Source: an uncultured delta proteobacterium (GTDB taxonomy: Bacteria > Myxococcota > Kuafuiibacteriia > Kuafuiibacteriales > Kuafuiibacteriaceae). From it: a stretch of DNA of 64,000 bases. Of this stretch, positions 40,844 to 50,488 are shown one piece after another. The position numbers and the translations under genes were made by a program. The notes beneath the pieces are model-generated. The model ran no database searches. It saw only the letters and a list, made by a program, of their open reading frames with translations, and was not told the origin of the DNA. The DNA lies in the NCBI GenBank assembly GCA_963803435.1, contig CAWDML010000001.1, positions 1,984,001-2,048,000 of the forward strand, in the 5' to 3' direction. How positions within the stretch are numbered: the first letter of the stretch is position 1; every line of letters begins with the position of its first letter.

Positions 40844-42687
40844 GCTCCGATGGCGGCCTCGAGCGCCGAGGCGGTGAGCTCGGGCACCGAGAGCGCACGC
40901 ACCTCGCTCACCAGCTTCCGCGCGGTCTTGCAGTCCCCCGACTTGGCCAGCTCACCGGCCCAGCGCATCAGCGCGACCGCCAGGTTCTTCTTGATCGAGG
41001 CGTCGGTCGGGCGATGCTGGAGTGCGGCCCGCATCAGCGAGACGGCCTCGGCATAGTCGTTCGCTTCCAGCCGCCGCGCCGCCCGCTCCGTCAGACAGCG
41101 CGAGCGCGCCTTGTCCGGAAACGGGCTCTTCGGATCGAGCGACTGGATCTCCGAGAGATAGGGCTCGGCCTCCGAGCAACGCGCATCTTCTGAGAAGGGG
41201 ATGGCGAGCCGCTCCAGGACCGCGATCAGATTGTGCCGCGCGTTCGGATCCGACGGGAACCGCCGCACCCCTTCCCGGTAGATGTCGGCGGCCTTCTCGA
41301 ACTGATGATCGTCGATCAGCTTGTTGCCGGCCAGGTGCACCACGCGCAGCCGATCCTCCTCGGCGGTCGTGCGCTCCTCGGCGGTGAGCGTGCCGTCCGA
41401 CTCCAGGCGATCGAGATAGCGCACGCTCTTCTGGTAGTCGCCGTGCTTGGCGCTGGTGATGGCGGCCAGGCGCAGCGCGGCGACCCGGTTCTGCTCCAGG
41501 GTGGCCTTGAGCCGCGCGTCGGGCGGGCCCAGCTGCTCCCGGAGCGCCTGCTCGATCGCGTCGACCGCCTCGTCGAACTTGTTCGCGCTGATCCGCAGCC
41601 GAGCCACCTCCGACAGCGCGAACGCGCGCAGGCCGGATCGCTCGGCTGGGGCCAGCCCGAACGAGGCCGCCTCCCCCGCGAGGTGCAGAAGGGCCGCCTC
41701 GTCGCCATGCTCCGCCTCGCTGGCGATCACGCGCTCTGCGGCCGCCCGCAGGTTCTGGAATACGGCTCCGCGGATGCGCGGCTCGCGAGGGTCGAGCTTC
41801 ACGGCCTCTTTCAGAGAGCGGTACGCACGAGCATATCGATCTGGATCGGCGCTGATGATGTCGTCGGCCCCCAGCTGCGAGAGCAGGGCCGCCCGCTGAT
41901 CCCGCAGGATCTGGCGCATGTCGTCCGTGATGGCGAACGCCTCGCCGCGCGCGAACAGCCGCTCGGCGCGCTCCAGCTCGCCCCCCTCCTGCGCGATCGA
42001 GGCCCGGTTGACGTAGATGGTCCCGATCAGGACCACCGTGGTCACGATGGCGCCGCCCTCCGACACGAGGGATCGCGCGTTCTCATCCGTGTGGGGCCCG
42101 GCGACCTTCTGAAGGATCTCACGCTGCTGGGTCGGGTCGGGATCGAACCCGCGCGGCGACGTCGTCTCGACCACGATCTTCCGCAGCCGCTGCTCGGCCT
42201 CCACCGAGAGCAGCGAACGAGCGTGGGTCGGGAGCAGCTGGGCCGCGACGTCGAGCCCGATGCGCTCCGCCACCACGTTGTAGACCACCGCGGAGGAGAC
42301 GCAGTTGAACGCGCGCCGGTCGAGGACGTCCTTGAGCGTGGTGGCGCGCGCGTCGTACTTGCCGCCGAGCGGTCCGCCCTTCGCGTGCAGCAGAGCGAGC
42401 AGCTTCTTGGCGCGCTCGCCCTCGTCGGGGATGCTCTTCAGGCTCTCGGCGATCGGTCCGACCAGCCGCTCGAAGTCGGCGCGGGCCTCCCGGAGCGACG
42501 TCGGGGTCTCGAACCCGGACGCGATCAGGGCCGCGTCCGTGAGGTCGTACGGGCCGAGGTCCTGCTTCTCGACGGCGGCGACCAACGCGTCCACCATCTT
42601 CGGATCATCGCCGGGCTCGGGCCCGCGCGAGGTCGAAGCACACGCGCTCGCGCATGCGATCAGCAACGCTCCGCCGCTCCCGCGCAC
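40834..42687 (-). CDS. Transglutaminase-like (SirB1-type) + TPR lipoprotein
   Basis: FNCVSS..LPTH..VETT triad-like pattern; C-terminal TPRs; lipobox-like ASAC. Confidence 0.7.
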   Translation of the reverse strand: MRGSGGALLIACASACASTSRGPEPGDDPKMVDALVAAVEKQDLGPYDLTDAALIASGFETPTSLREARADFERLVGPIAESLKSIPDEGERAKKLLALLHAKGGPLGGKYDARATTLKDVLDRRAFNCVSSAVVYNVVAERIGLDVAAQLLPTHARSLLSVEAEQRLRKIVVETTSPRGFDPDPTQQREILQKVAGPHTDENARSLVSEGGAIVTTVVLIGTIYVNRASIAQEGGELERAERLFARGEAFAITDDMRQILRDQRAALLSQLGADDIISADPDRYARAYRSLKEAVKLDPREPRIRGAVFQNLRAAAERVIASEAEHGDEAALLHLAGEAASFGLAPAERSGLRAFALSEVARLRISANKFDEAVDAIEQALREQLGPPDARLKATLEQNRVAALRLAAITSAKHGDYQKSVRYLDRLESDGTLTAEERTTAEEDRLRVVHLAGNKLIDDHQFEKAADIYREGVRRFPSDPNARHNLIAVLERLAIPFSEDARCSEAEPYLSEIQSLDPKSPFPDKARSRCLTERAARRLEANDYAEAVSLMRAALQHRPTDASIKKNLAVALMRWAGELAKSGDCKTARKLVSEVRALSVPELTASALEAAIGACG

Positions 42688-42781
42688 CGGGCCCAAGACT
42701 AGCAGGAGAAGGCGTGGGAGTGCGGCCGTCGGTTCCGGTGGACATCCTCGGGACAGCGAGGGGTAGTCTTCGACGGTCGGA

Positions 42782-43696
42782 ATGCGCGCCCGGGCGACGG
42801 CTCTCCTTCTGGTTCTGGCCGCCGCGCCTCCTGCGCAGGCGCAGGGCATCTCGGCTCGCTTCGGCAACCTGGTCGCGACGCTGGGTGAGGACTTCTCTGC
42901 GCGGATCGAGGTCGCCGATCCGATCGGTGTCGTGGATCGGGTTCTGCTGGAGGCGCGACCCCGGGGCGAGGCGCGCTGGCGGCGGGCCGAGGCGGTCCGC
43001 ACCGGCTCCGGTGACTGGTGGCTGGGCACGTTCACCAGCACGGCGATCTGGTCGGCCGCGGAGGCGCCGGAGCTCCTCGAGCTCCGCGCCAAGGTGTTCG
43101 GCCAACGAGGCGGCGTGCTCCTCGACGTCGGCGCCGCCGATCCGCTCGAGGTCCCGGTGCTCACCAAGCCGGAGGTCGAGGAGCGGGAGCGGGTCTTTCG
43201 CGCCTACGCCCGGGGCCCCGAGCAGGAGGAGGAAGGGCTCTTCTGGCTCACCGGGTACGTCGGGACCGAGGGCCGGGTCAACAGCAGCGCGCGCGCCCGG
43301 CTCGTGATCGGCGCCGGTGGGAGCCTCACGGATCTGGTGGAGCTGATCTTCTTCGTCTCGATCGGACCCGCCTTCAGCCCGCCGGCCGAGCTGGAGAGCG
43401 GCGGCCCGATCGTGCTCGGCCCCGAGGCCGCGGTCCGCATCTTCACGCGTCCGCCCTCGCAGTACGACCTCGCGCTCTTCATCGAGCCCAATCTGCAAGT
43501 AGACTTGCGATTTCCGGGCGTCGATCCGGGGGTCGGGCTTCGGGGCGGGCTCTCCTACCGCGCCGGCACCGACATCGCGGTCGAGATCTCCTTGGGCGGG
43601 GCGGCGCTGTGGATCGCGCCGGACGTCGGCTTCGCCGGGACGCTGCGGCTCGCGCTCCGCTTCGGAGGGCCGAGGCTCGCGGAGGCACGTCCTTGA
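42782..43696 (+). CDS. Secreted hypothetical protein with C-terminal beta-barrel-like strands
   Basis: Signal peptide; alternating beta strands ending LRLALRFG. Confidence 0.6.
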   Translation: MRARATALLLVLAAAPPAQAQGISARFGNLVATLGEDFSARIEVADPIGVVDRVLLEARPRGEARWRRAEAVRTGSGDWWLGTFTSTAIWSAAEAPELLELRAKVFGQRGGVLLDVGAADPLEVPVLTKPEVEERERVFRAYARGPEQEEEGLFWLTGYVGTEGRVNSSARARLVIGAGGSLTDLVELIFFVSIGPAFSPPAELESGGPIVLGPEAAVRIFTRPPSQYDLALFIEPNLQVDLRFPGVDPGVGLRGGLSYRAGTDIAVEISLGGAALWIAPDVGFAGTLRLALRFGGPRLAEARP

Positions 43697-44514
43697 ATCG
43701 CTGGGCGATCGCCGCCGGGTTCCTGCTCGGCGTCGCAGCCGGCGCCGGCGCCGCCGAGCTCGCGGGTCGGCCTCCGCTCGACAAGGACGGCCGTCCCGTC
43801 ACCATCGGTCGCTTCCGCCTGCGGACCTATCCCAAGGGCGCCCGGGTCTGGGTGGACGGCAAGCTCACGGTCGAGAGCACGCCCGCGACGCTCATCCTCG
43901 AGGACGGCGAGTACCACCTCTTCATCCAGGCCCCCGGTGCGCAGGGGATCGAGCAGGTCATCCGCGTCGAGGCCGGCGCCTCCCGATCGCTCGATCTCCG
44001 GATACCGCCGCCCGCGCCCTCCTCGATCACCGTGCTCTCCGACGTCGAGGAGGCCGAGGTCCGCGTCAACGGGTACAAGCGCGGTGTCACGCCCATGCTC
44101 TACGCGTCCACCAAGCCGGGCACCATCGACGTCACGGTCACCGATCCCGGCGGCCGCGCCCGGAGCGTCGGCGCCGAGCTCTCGATCGGCGAGAGAAAGT
44201 GGCTGGAGGTCTTCTTCGACGACAACCAGAGCCGACCGCCGGAGCCCGAGGAGAAGCTGAATCCGCTCCAGTGCCACCCGCGCGAGGCCGGCTGGCTGAC
44301 GCTCGGCCTCGAGCCGAAGGGGCTCGTGGAGACCGACGCCGGCGAGAAGCTGGGAGAGACGCCGCTCGTGGACCGGGAGATGCCGCCGGGGATCCACAAC
44401 CTGATCCTGAGATCGAAGGACGGGAAGTTTCAGAAGAGCGTGTCGATCGAGATCCAGGCCAACGAGCGGGCGGTCTATCGGTTCATGATGACGGCCGAGG
44501 ACGCGATCCGGTGA
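43693..44514 (+). CDS. PEGA domain protein
   Basis: TYPKGARVWVDG..TP, AEVRVNG..GVTP, LGETP. Confidence 0.8.
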   Translation: MNRWAIAAGFLLGVAAGAGAAELAGRPPLDKDGRPVTIGRFRLRTYPKGARVWVDGKLTVESTPATLILEDGEYHLFIQAPGAQGIEQVIRVEAGASRSLDLRIPPPAPSSITVLSDVEEAEVRVNGYKRGVTPMLYASTKPGTIDVTVTDPGGRARSVGAELSIGERKWLEVFFDDNQSRPPEPEEKLNPLQCHPREAGWLTLGLEPKGLVETDAGEKLGETPLVDREMPPGIHNLILRSKDGKFQKSVSIEIQANERAVYRFMMTAEDAIR

Positions 44515-44518
44515 CGGC

Positions 44519-46127
44519 TCACCGCCGACTGCCGAACTTCAACGGGATCCCGTACCGCTTCAGCCGATCGTGAAAGGTGCTCTTGCTGACGCCGAGAATT
44601 CGGGCGCCCTCCGCCCGGTTTCCCTTCGCGCGATCGAGCGCATCCAGGAGCTGGTTCCGCTCCTCCTCGTCGTGGCGGCGGACCGAGCGGCGGGCGTCCT
44701 TGCTCCGGCTGGTGAAGGCGTCGCGGGAGAACTGGAGATCGTCGACGCCGACGCGGTCGCCGTCCGTCAAGAGGATCGCACGAACGATCACGTTGCGGAG
44801 CTCACGGATGTTGCCCGGCCAGGTGTAGTCGAGGACGGCGTCGCGCGCCTCGGGGGACAGGGCCATCGGCTTGGGCGACTGCGACAGGATGAAGTGCTCG
44901 ACGAGCGCCATGATGTCCTCGGGTCGCTCGGCCAGCGGCGGGATGGGGATCGAGAGCACGAACAGCCGGTGGAACAGGTCCTCCCGGAAGCTGCCCTCGG
45001 AGACCAGCTCCTCGAGGTTGCGGTGCGTGGCCGCGATGATGCGGGTGTCGACGTGGCGCTCCTTGGTGTCGCCGACCCGCCGCACGGTGGAGGTCTCGAG
45101 CACCCGGAGCAGCTTCGGCTGCAGGTCGAGCGGCAGCTCGCCGATCTCGTCGAGGAAGAGGGTCCCGCCGCTGGTCGCCTCGAAGGCGCCCTCCTTCGTC
45201 TCGGTGGCGCCGGTGAACGCGCCTTTCATGTGCCCGAAGAGCTCGCTCTCGATCAGGTTGCTGGAGAGCGCACCGCAGTTGAGCGCGAGGTAGGGCCCGG
45301 AGGCCCGCGACGACTCGTCGTGGAGCGCCCGCGCCACCAGCTCCTTGCCGGATCCGGACTCTCCGGTGATCAGCACCGGCTCCTTGGCGTCCGAGAGCCG
45401 GCGGATCAGGTCGAAGACCCGCTTCATCTTCTCGCCGGTGCCCAGCATCCCGTGGAAGAAGTCGGACGGCTCCGCGCGCTCGCTCTGCTCCGCGGTGAAG
45501 CTGAGGATCTCGTGTCCGAATCTTGATCGTCGCGGGCGTGGGGAGCTCCGACTCGATCACGCGGAGGCCGTTCACCTCCGTGCCGTTGGTCGACTCCAGG
45601 TCCTGGAGGACCCAGCGGCCGGCCTCGTTGCTGATGCGGCAGTGGAACGACGAGACGAAGGGATCCTCGAGGTGGAGCTCGTTGTCTTCGTGACCGCCGA
45701 TGTTGAAGGGCCGGCCCGGCTCGATCGTATGGCGCTGGCCCCGGTGGATCAGCGCCGCCCGGGCGGTCGTGCTCTTCGCGACATCGAGCACGCTGGTCTT
45801 GCCGTACTTCTGCCGATCGGCCTCTCCCGCTCGAATCGAGAGGCGCAGGGCCTGTCGGCCCACCGTGATCCGATCCCCGTCCCCGATGTCGGACTCGTCG
45901 CCTTCGATGCGGGCGCCGTTGAGGAGCACCGCGCCGTCGGTCAGATCGCGCAGGCGGAAGCGCCGGGCCCCGCGATCGATCAAGAGGGCCGCCACCTCCG
46001 GGACCTCGGAGTCCGGCACCACCACGTCGCAGGTTGGATTACTGCCGATGCAGACCTCGGCCCGATCGAGCCGCAGCTTGAGCAGTGGCTCCTCGTCCTT
46101 CAGAAAGACGAGCTCGGCGACGTCCAT
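44519..46127 (-). CDS. FHA-domain sigma54-dependent activator; frameshift ~45515
   Basis: Two FHA domains (SSFH, STNGT), [29 protein letters not shown]-terminal HTH. Confidence 0.92.
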
Positions 46128-46200
46128 CCTTCCGCCGAATATAGCTCTTTCGCGGCCGGCGCAAGTCGCATGGCCGCTCGGCCAGGTTCTCTCCCTCTCC

Positions 46201-47118
46201 TCAGGAGCAGACGTGCTCTTCGGGGCAACCGACGTGCTCGATCTGGATCGTCACGTGATCGATGCCGAAGTGCTCGTGCAGCGCGTGCCGGAGCGTCGCC
46301 AGCAGCTCCTGGTGGTCCTCGTCCGGGGCCGCCACCACGTGCCCCGAGAGACACTCGAGCCCCTGCGTGATCGACCAGACGTGGAGATCGTGGACCTCCA
46401 TGACGCCTTGGATCGCCGCCATGGCCTCCCGCACCGCGTCCACGTCGATGTGGCCGGGCGCGCTCTCCATCAGGATGGCGACCGTCTGCTTCATCAGCGG
46501 CCACGACGAGTAGACCACCAGCGCACTGATCACGAGCGACGCGATCGGGTCCGCGACGTACCAACCGAAGGCCCAGACCAGGCCGGCCGAGATCATCGCC
46601 CCGACGCTGCCGAGGGCGTCGGTCAGCACGTGGAGCCAGGCGCCCCGCACGTTGAGGTTGTCCTTGGTCCCCCCGCGGAGGATCAGCAGGCCGATCACGT
46701 TGATCATGAGGCCGCCCGCGGCCACCGACATCATCAGCGGCCCGCGGACGACCGGCGGCGCGCTGAACCGGTCGAGCGCCTCGCTCAGGATGAAGAAGGA
46801 GATCGCCAGCAAGCTGGCCGCATGCAGGAGGGCGGCCAGGATCTCGACCCGGTAGTATCCATACGTGCGCTTCGGGTTTGGGGGTCGCTGTGCAATCCAG
46901 ATTGCAAAGATGGAGAGACCGAGGGCCCCCACGTCGGAGAGCATGTGACCGGCGTCCGCCAGCAACGCCAGGGAGTTGGAGAGGATCCCGCCGGCGACCT
47001 CCGCCAACATGTAGAGTCCGGTGAGCCCGAGGACGATCCCGAGGCGGCGCCGATTGGCGGCCCGCGACCCGCGATCGGCGTGCTCGTGGCCGTGGTGATG
47101 GTCGTGGCCGTGTCCCAC
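46201..47118 (-). CDS. czcD: CDF zinc/cobalt/cadmium transporter (CzcD/ZitB type)
   Basis: His-rich N-terminus, HMLSD, HVLTD, HDLHVW, HVTIQIE. Confidence 0.92.
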   Translation of the reverse strand: MGHGHDHHHGHEHADRGSRAANRRRLGIVLGLTGLYMLAEVAGGILSNSLALLADAGHMLSDVGALGLSIFAIWIAQRPPNPKRTYGYYRVEILAALLHAASLLAISFFILSEALDRFSAPPVVRGPLMMSVAAGGLMINVIGLLILRGGTKDNLNVRGAWLHVLTDALGSVGAMISAGLVWAFGWYVADPIASLVISALVVYSSWPLMKQTVAILMESAPGHIDVDAVREAMAAIQGVMEVHDLHVWSITQGLECLSGHVVAAPDEDHQELLATLRHALHEHFGIDHVTIQIEHVGCPEEHVCS

Positions 47119-47197
47119 GCTGCCTCAGATTATGCACGATGTGCTCGGAAGTTCGGATGTCTTTGAAAAAGCTGGAGTCGGAAGCCCCCGCCACGAT

Positions 47198-47851
47198 ATG
47201 ACCGGGCCCGTGGCACCCCGGTGGAAGCTCCTCATCGCGATCGCGCTGAGTGTCACGGTGTCCGACCAGCTCTCGAAATTTCTCGCCGTCGAAAATCTGA
47301 CGCCCGGCATCGCCGATGCCTACCTGCAGCCCAAGGGCGAGCGCGTCCGCGACCTCGGACAGCGCGACCAGATCATCGACGAGCTGGGCCTGGGCACCAA
47401 GCTTTCGCTCTTCTTCACCTCGGTGAAGGAGCCCTGCCAGGGCAACCGTCTGTGCCGCGAAGTGAAGGTCATCGACGGCTTCTGGAGCTGGCGCTACGCG
47501 GAGAACAAGGGCGCAGCCTGGTCGCTGTTCGCGCGCGTCGGCGACGCCTTTCGCGTCCCCTTCCTGGTGGGCGTCTCGATCCTGGCCGTCTTCTTCATCA
47601 TCAGCTTCGTGAAGAAGCTCGAGGCGCACCAGCGGATTCTCCTGGTCGCCCTCTGCCTCATCTGCGGAGGTGCCGTCGGCAACCTGATCGATCGGATCTA
47701 CCTCGGATACGTGATCGACTTCATCGACTGGTACGTGGCCGGCCACCACTGGCCGACCTTCAACGTCGCAGACTCTGCGATCACGGTCGGCGTGGGTCTG
47801 ATCGGCCTCAACATGCTGATCGATCACTTCAACAAGAAGGCGACTGCGTGA
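47198..47851 (+). CDS. lspA: Lipoprotein signal peptidase II, copy 1
   Basis: DQLSK, NKGAAW, GNLIDR, VIDFI, FNVAD. Confidence 0.92.
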   Translation: MTGPVAPRWKLLIAIALSVTVSDQLSKFLAVENLTPGIADAYLQPKGERVRDLGQRDQIIDELGLGTKLSLFFTSVKEPCQGNRLCREVKVIDGFWSWRYAENKGAAWSLFARVGDAFRVPFLVGVSILAVFFIISFVKKLEAHQRILLVALCLICGGAVGNLIDRIYLGYVIDFIDWYVAGHHWPTFNVADSAITVGVGLIGLNMLIDHFNKKATA

Positions 47852-48453
47852 ATCGCCGGTGGCTCATCCTGGCGCTCGTCGGCACGTCCGTTGCGCTGCT
47901 GGATCAGTCGACCAAGTTCGTCGCCGTCAAGGAGCTCACGCCCGCGTTCGAGCACACCGACGGCCTCACCCATCAGATCGGCCGCTTCTATCGGGACATC
48001 GAGCGACCCTGCCGCAGATACGAGGTCCGCTGTCCCGCGGTCGCGTTCGTGGGCGGCGTGTGGAGCTGGCGGTACGTCGAGAACCCGGGCGCAGCCTGGG
48101 GCCTCCTCGCGGGCGCGGACGAGAAGATCAGGATCCCCTTCTTCCTCCTCATCTCGGTCGGCGCCCTCGCCTTCATCATCACGTTCTTCCGCAAGCTCAA
48201 CGACGACCAGCGCCTCTTGATCCTCTCGCTCTCGCTGGTGTTCGGAGGCGCGATCGGCAACTTCGTCGACCGCCTCCACCTGTCGTACGTCATCGACTTC
48301 ATCGACTGGTACGTCGGCTCGTCGCACTGGCCCACCTTTAACGTCGCGGACGCGGCCATCAGCGCGGGCGTCGGTCTCCTGGTCCTCGAGTGGATCCAGG
48401 CCGCGAGCAAGAGCCGGGCGGAGGCCTCGTCGCCCGAGGAATCATCGGCGTAA
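47848..48453 (+). CDS. lspA: Lipoprotein signal peptidase II, copy 2
   Basis: DQSTK, NPGAAW, GNFVDR, VIDFI, FNVAD; GTGA overlap. Confidence 0.92.
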   Translation: MNRRWLILALVGTSVALLDQSTKFVAVKELTPAFEHTDGLTHQIGRFYRDIERPCRRYEVRCPAVAFVGGVWSWRYVENPGAAWGLLAGADEKIRIPFFLLISVGALAFIITFFRKLNDDQRLLILSLSLVFGGAIGNFVDRLHLSYVIDFIDWYVGSSHWPTFNVADAAISAGVGLLVLEWIQAASKSRAEASSPEESSA

Positions 48454-48457
48454 CGTC

Positions 48458-49324
48458 ATGCACCCGGTACTCTTCAACTTCTTCGGCCTCTTCAACGTCC
48501 ATACCTACGGGCTGATGATCGCCCTCGGCTTCATGATCGGGATGCAGCTCGGCACCCGGGAGGCCCGCCGCGTCGACCTCAGCGAGGAGGGTGGCTTCGA
48601 CCAGTTCATTCTGGACCTGACGTTCTGGATCTTGATCGTCGCGATGATCGGGGCCCGGATCCTCTTCATCATCGTCGAGTGGCAGGACGACTACTCCAAG
48701 GACCCCTTCAAGATCTTCAAGATCTGGGAGGGAGGGCTGGTCTTCTACGGCGGCTTCATCGCCAGCGTGCTCTTCTCGATCTGGTACTCGGTCCACAACA
48801 AGCGCGACTTCTTCCTCGTCGCCGACACCCTGATCCCGAGCGTCTCGCTCGGCCACTTCTTCGGTCGCATCGGCTGCTTCGCCGCCGGCTGCTGCTGGGG
48901 CAAGGCCGTCAGCCCCGACTTCCCCTTCGCCGTTCAGTTCCCCCCGGACAGCCTGATCTACAACACGATGCAGCGCACCGGCGTGATCGCCTACGACGCC
49001 ATCGCCACCATCCACGTCCATCCCACGCAGCTCTACGAGTCCTTCGGCGAGCTCTGCCTCTTCTTCTTGCTGCTGTTCATCCGCACCCGCAAGCGCTTCC
49101 ACGGGCACGTCCTCCTGGCCTACCTGTTCCTCTACCCGATCCTCCGCACGAGCATCGAGTTCATCAGGGGCGACAAGGCCCGGGGCGAATATGACTTCTT
49201 CGGCGCGACCATCTCCACCTCGCAGATCATCTCGATCCTCATCGCGACCATCGCGGCGGTGACGCTGGCCTCTCTGCTGCGGCGGAAACGGACCGCGCCC
49301 GCGAGCCTCGGGAGCTCTACCTAG
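48458..49324 (+). CDS. lgt: Prolipoprotein diacylglyceryl transferase
   Basis: GGLVFYGG, GRIGCF..GCCWG, HPTQLYE. Confidence 0.95.
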   Translation: MHPVLFNFFGLFNVHTYGLMIALGFMIGMQLGTREARRVDLSEEGGFDQFILDLTFWILIVAMIGARILFIIVEWQDDYSKDPFKIFKIWEGGLVFYGGFIASVLFSIWYSVHNKRDFFLVADTLIPSVSLGHFFGRIGCFAAGCCWGKAVSPDFPFAVQFPPDSLIYNTMQRTGVIAYDAIATIHVHPTQLYESFGELCLFFLLLFIRTRKRFHGHVLLAYLFLYPILRTSIEFIRGDKARGEYDFFGATISTSQIISILIATIAAVTLASLLRRKRTAPASLGSST

Positions 49325-49419
49325 GAGCGTGTAGCGCGTAGCGCTACCGCGAGCCCGGTCCGGGTCCCGGTCCCGGTCCCGGTCCCGATGCCGATCATGC
49401 AGCCCGGCGTGCGTTCATC

Positions 49420-49693
49420 GGCCTCATCAAGTCGCGTGAGCATCTCGACAACGCGCTTGAGCTTGGCTCTGGCGCCTTGGACCTTCTGCTCGTTGGCGAG
49501 TCAGCGCCTCGAGCAGGTGTGGAGTGAGGCGGCGCTTTCGGTGCCAGAGCGAAGTGCCATCCGGTAGAAGCGAGCCTTCTCAGGTGGATTGAACTCCGGC
49601 GCCCTCGGCGGTGGTGTTCACGATGGAATCGGATGCCCGCCGAAGCTGATCGCGGACGTGAGCGTGACCGGGTTGCAGTTCTTGTGCGATCTC
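49420..49693 (-). pseudogene. Four-helix-bundle (23S rRNA IVS protein-like) gene remnant
   Basis: HVRDQLRRASDSIVNTTAEGAG/EFNPPEKARFYRMALRSGTESAA..RVVEMLTRL, with a frameshift and a stop. Confidence 0.8.
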
Positions 49694-50308
49694 CCAGCGG
49701 AGCTCGCTCGCCGTGAATCCCGCCTTGCCCGCATTCGAGAAGCGAAGGCTGCGCTGGAACAGGATGCCGCCAGGCTCGCGCGGAGAAATTGCGCAGGCAA
49801 GCCGAAGAGCAGCAGAGCAAAGCGGATGATGCTCTTGTGGATCGGGTGGAGCAGAAGCGAGCGAGAACTCGAGCCGAGAAGGCAAGAGCGCAGGCTGACC
49901 AGCTCGAACCATCCCCAGACCCAACTGAACGAAATGATGGATGGCCGCATCATCGCGTTCCTGCAAATGTGGACGGCACACCGAGGCCCCACGCTCAGAG
50001 GAACTTCACCGACTCAGACAGCAGGATCATGTTGAAGGAGGGAGCGTACCTCCAGGCCTACAATGCCCAAGTTGTCGTAGATGAGCACGCTCAGGTGATT
50101 GTCGCCGAAGGGGTCAGCAACCAGGCACCTGATCAGCAACACCTCGTCCGTCGAACCGGCGCTCGGACAGATCAAAGCGGCACGAGGATTCCGCCGGTTC
50201 TCGCTCCGCTCCTTCTTCAAGGTACGAGCCGAGTCGACGCTCGTCTGCCTCACCCACAACCTGCTCAAGCTCTACCGATTGAAGCTCGCGACCGTCGCGA
50301 GCGTCTGA
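49687..50308 (+). pseudogene. IS1182-family transposase remnant
   Basis: DLPAELARRESRLARIREAK, NFTDSDSRIM..YNAQ, VEPALGQIKAARGFRRFSLR..HNLLKL; internal deletions. Confidence 0.85.
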
Positions 50309-50488
50309 CTCAAGGCAGCCATCTTCAGATCGGGACCCGGACCGGGACCGGGACCCGGACCGGGGTCGCGTGAGCGCTTACGTGCTACACGCTCCTAGGC
50401 AACGTCGCCCCGGTAGGCGGGTGTGCCGGCGGGTGCGTGGCCTTCACAGATACGCAACCCAGCCTTCATCGGGTACGCTCCGACTGGG

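Larger units (their letters stand above)
49325..50394. mobile_element. 1070-bp non-autonomous chimeric element with ~70-bp inverted ends, flanked by CTAG
   Basis: GAGCGTGTAGC..(CCGGTC)n at left; (GGACCG)n..GCTACACGCTC at right; CTAG at 49321-24 and 50395-98. Confidence 0.85.

Noticed and set aside
49420-49693. Four-helix bundle as the Avd of a diversity-generating retroelement
   Set aside because: No reverse transcriptase or TR/VR pair is visible, and the gene is broken
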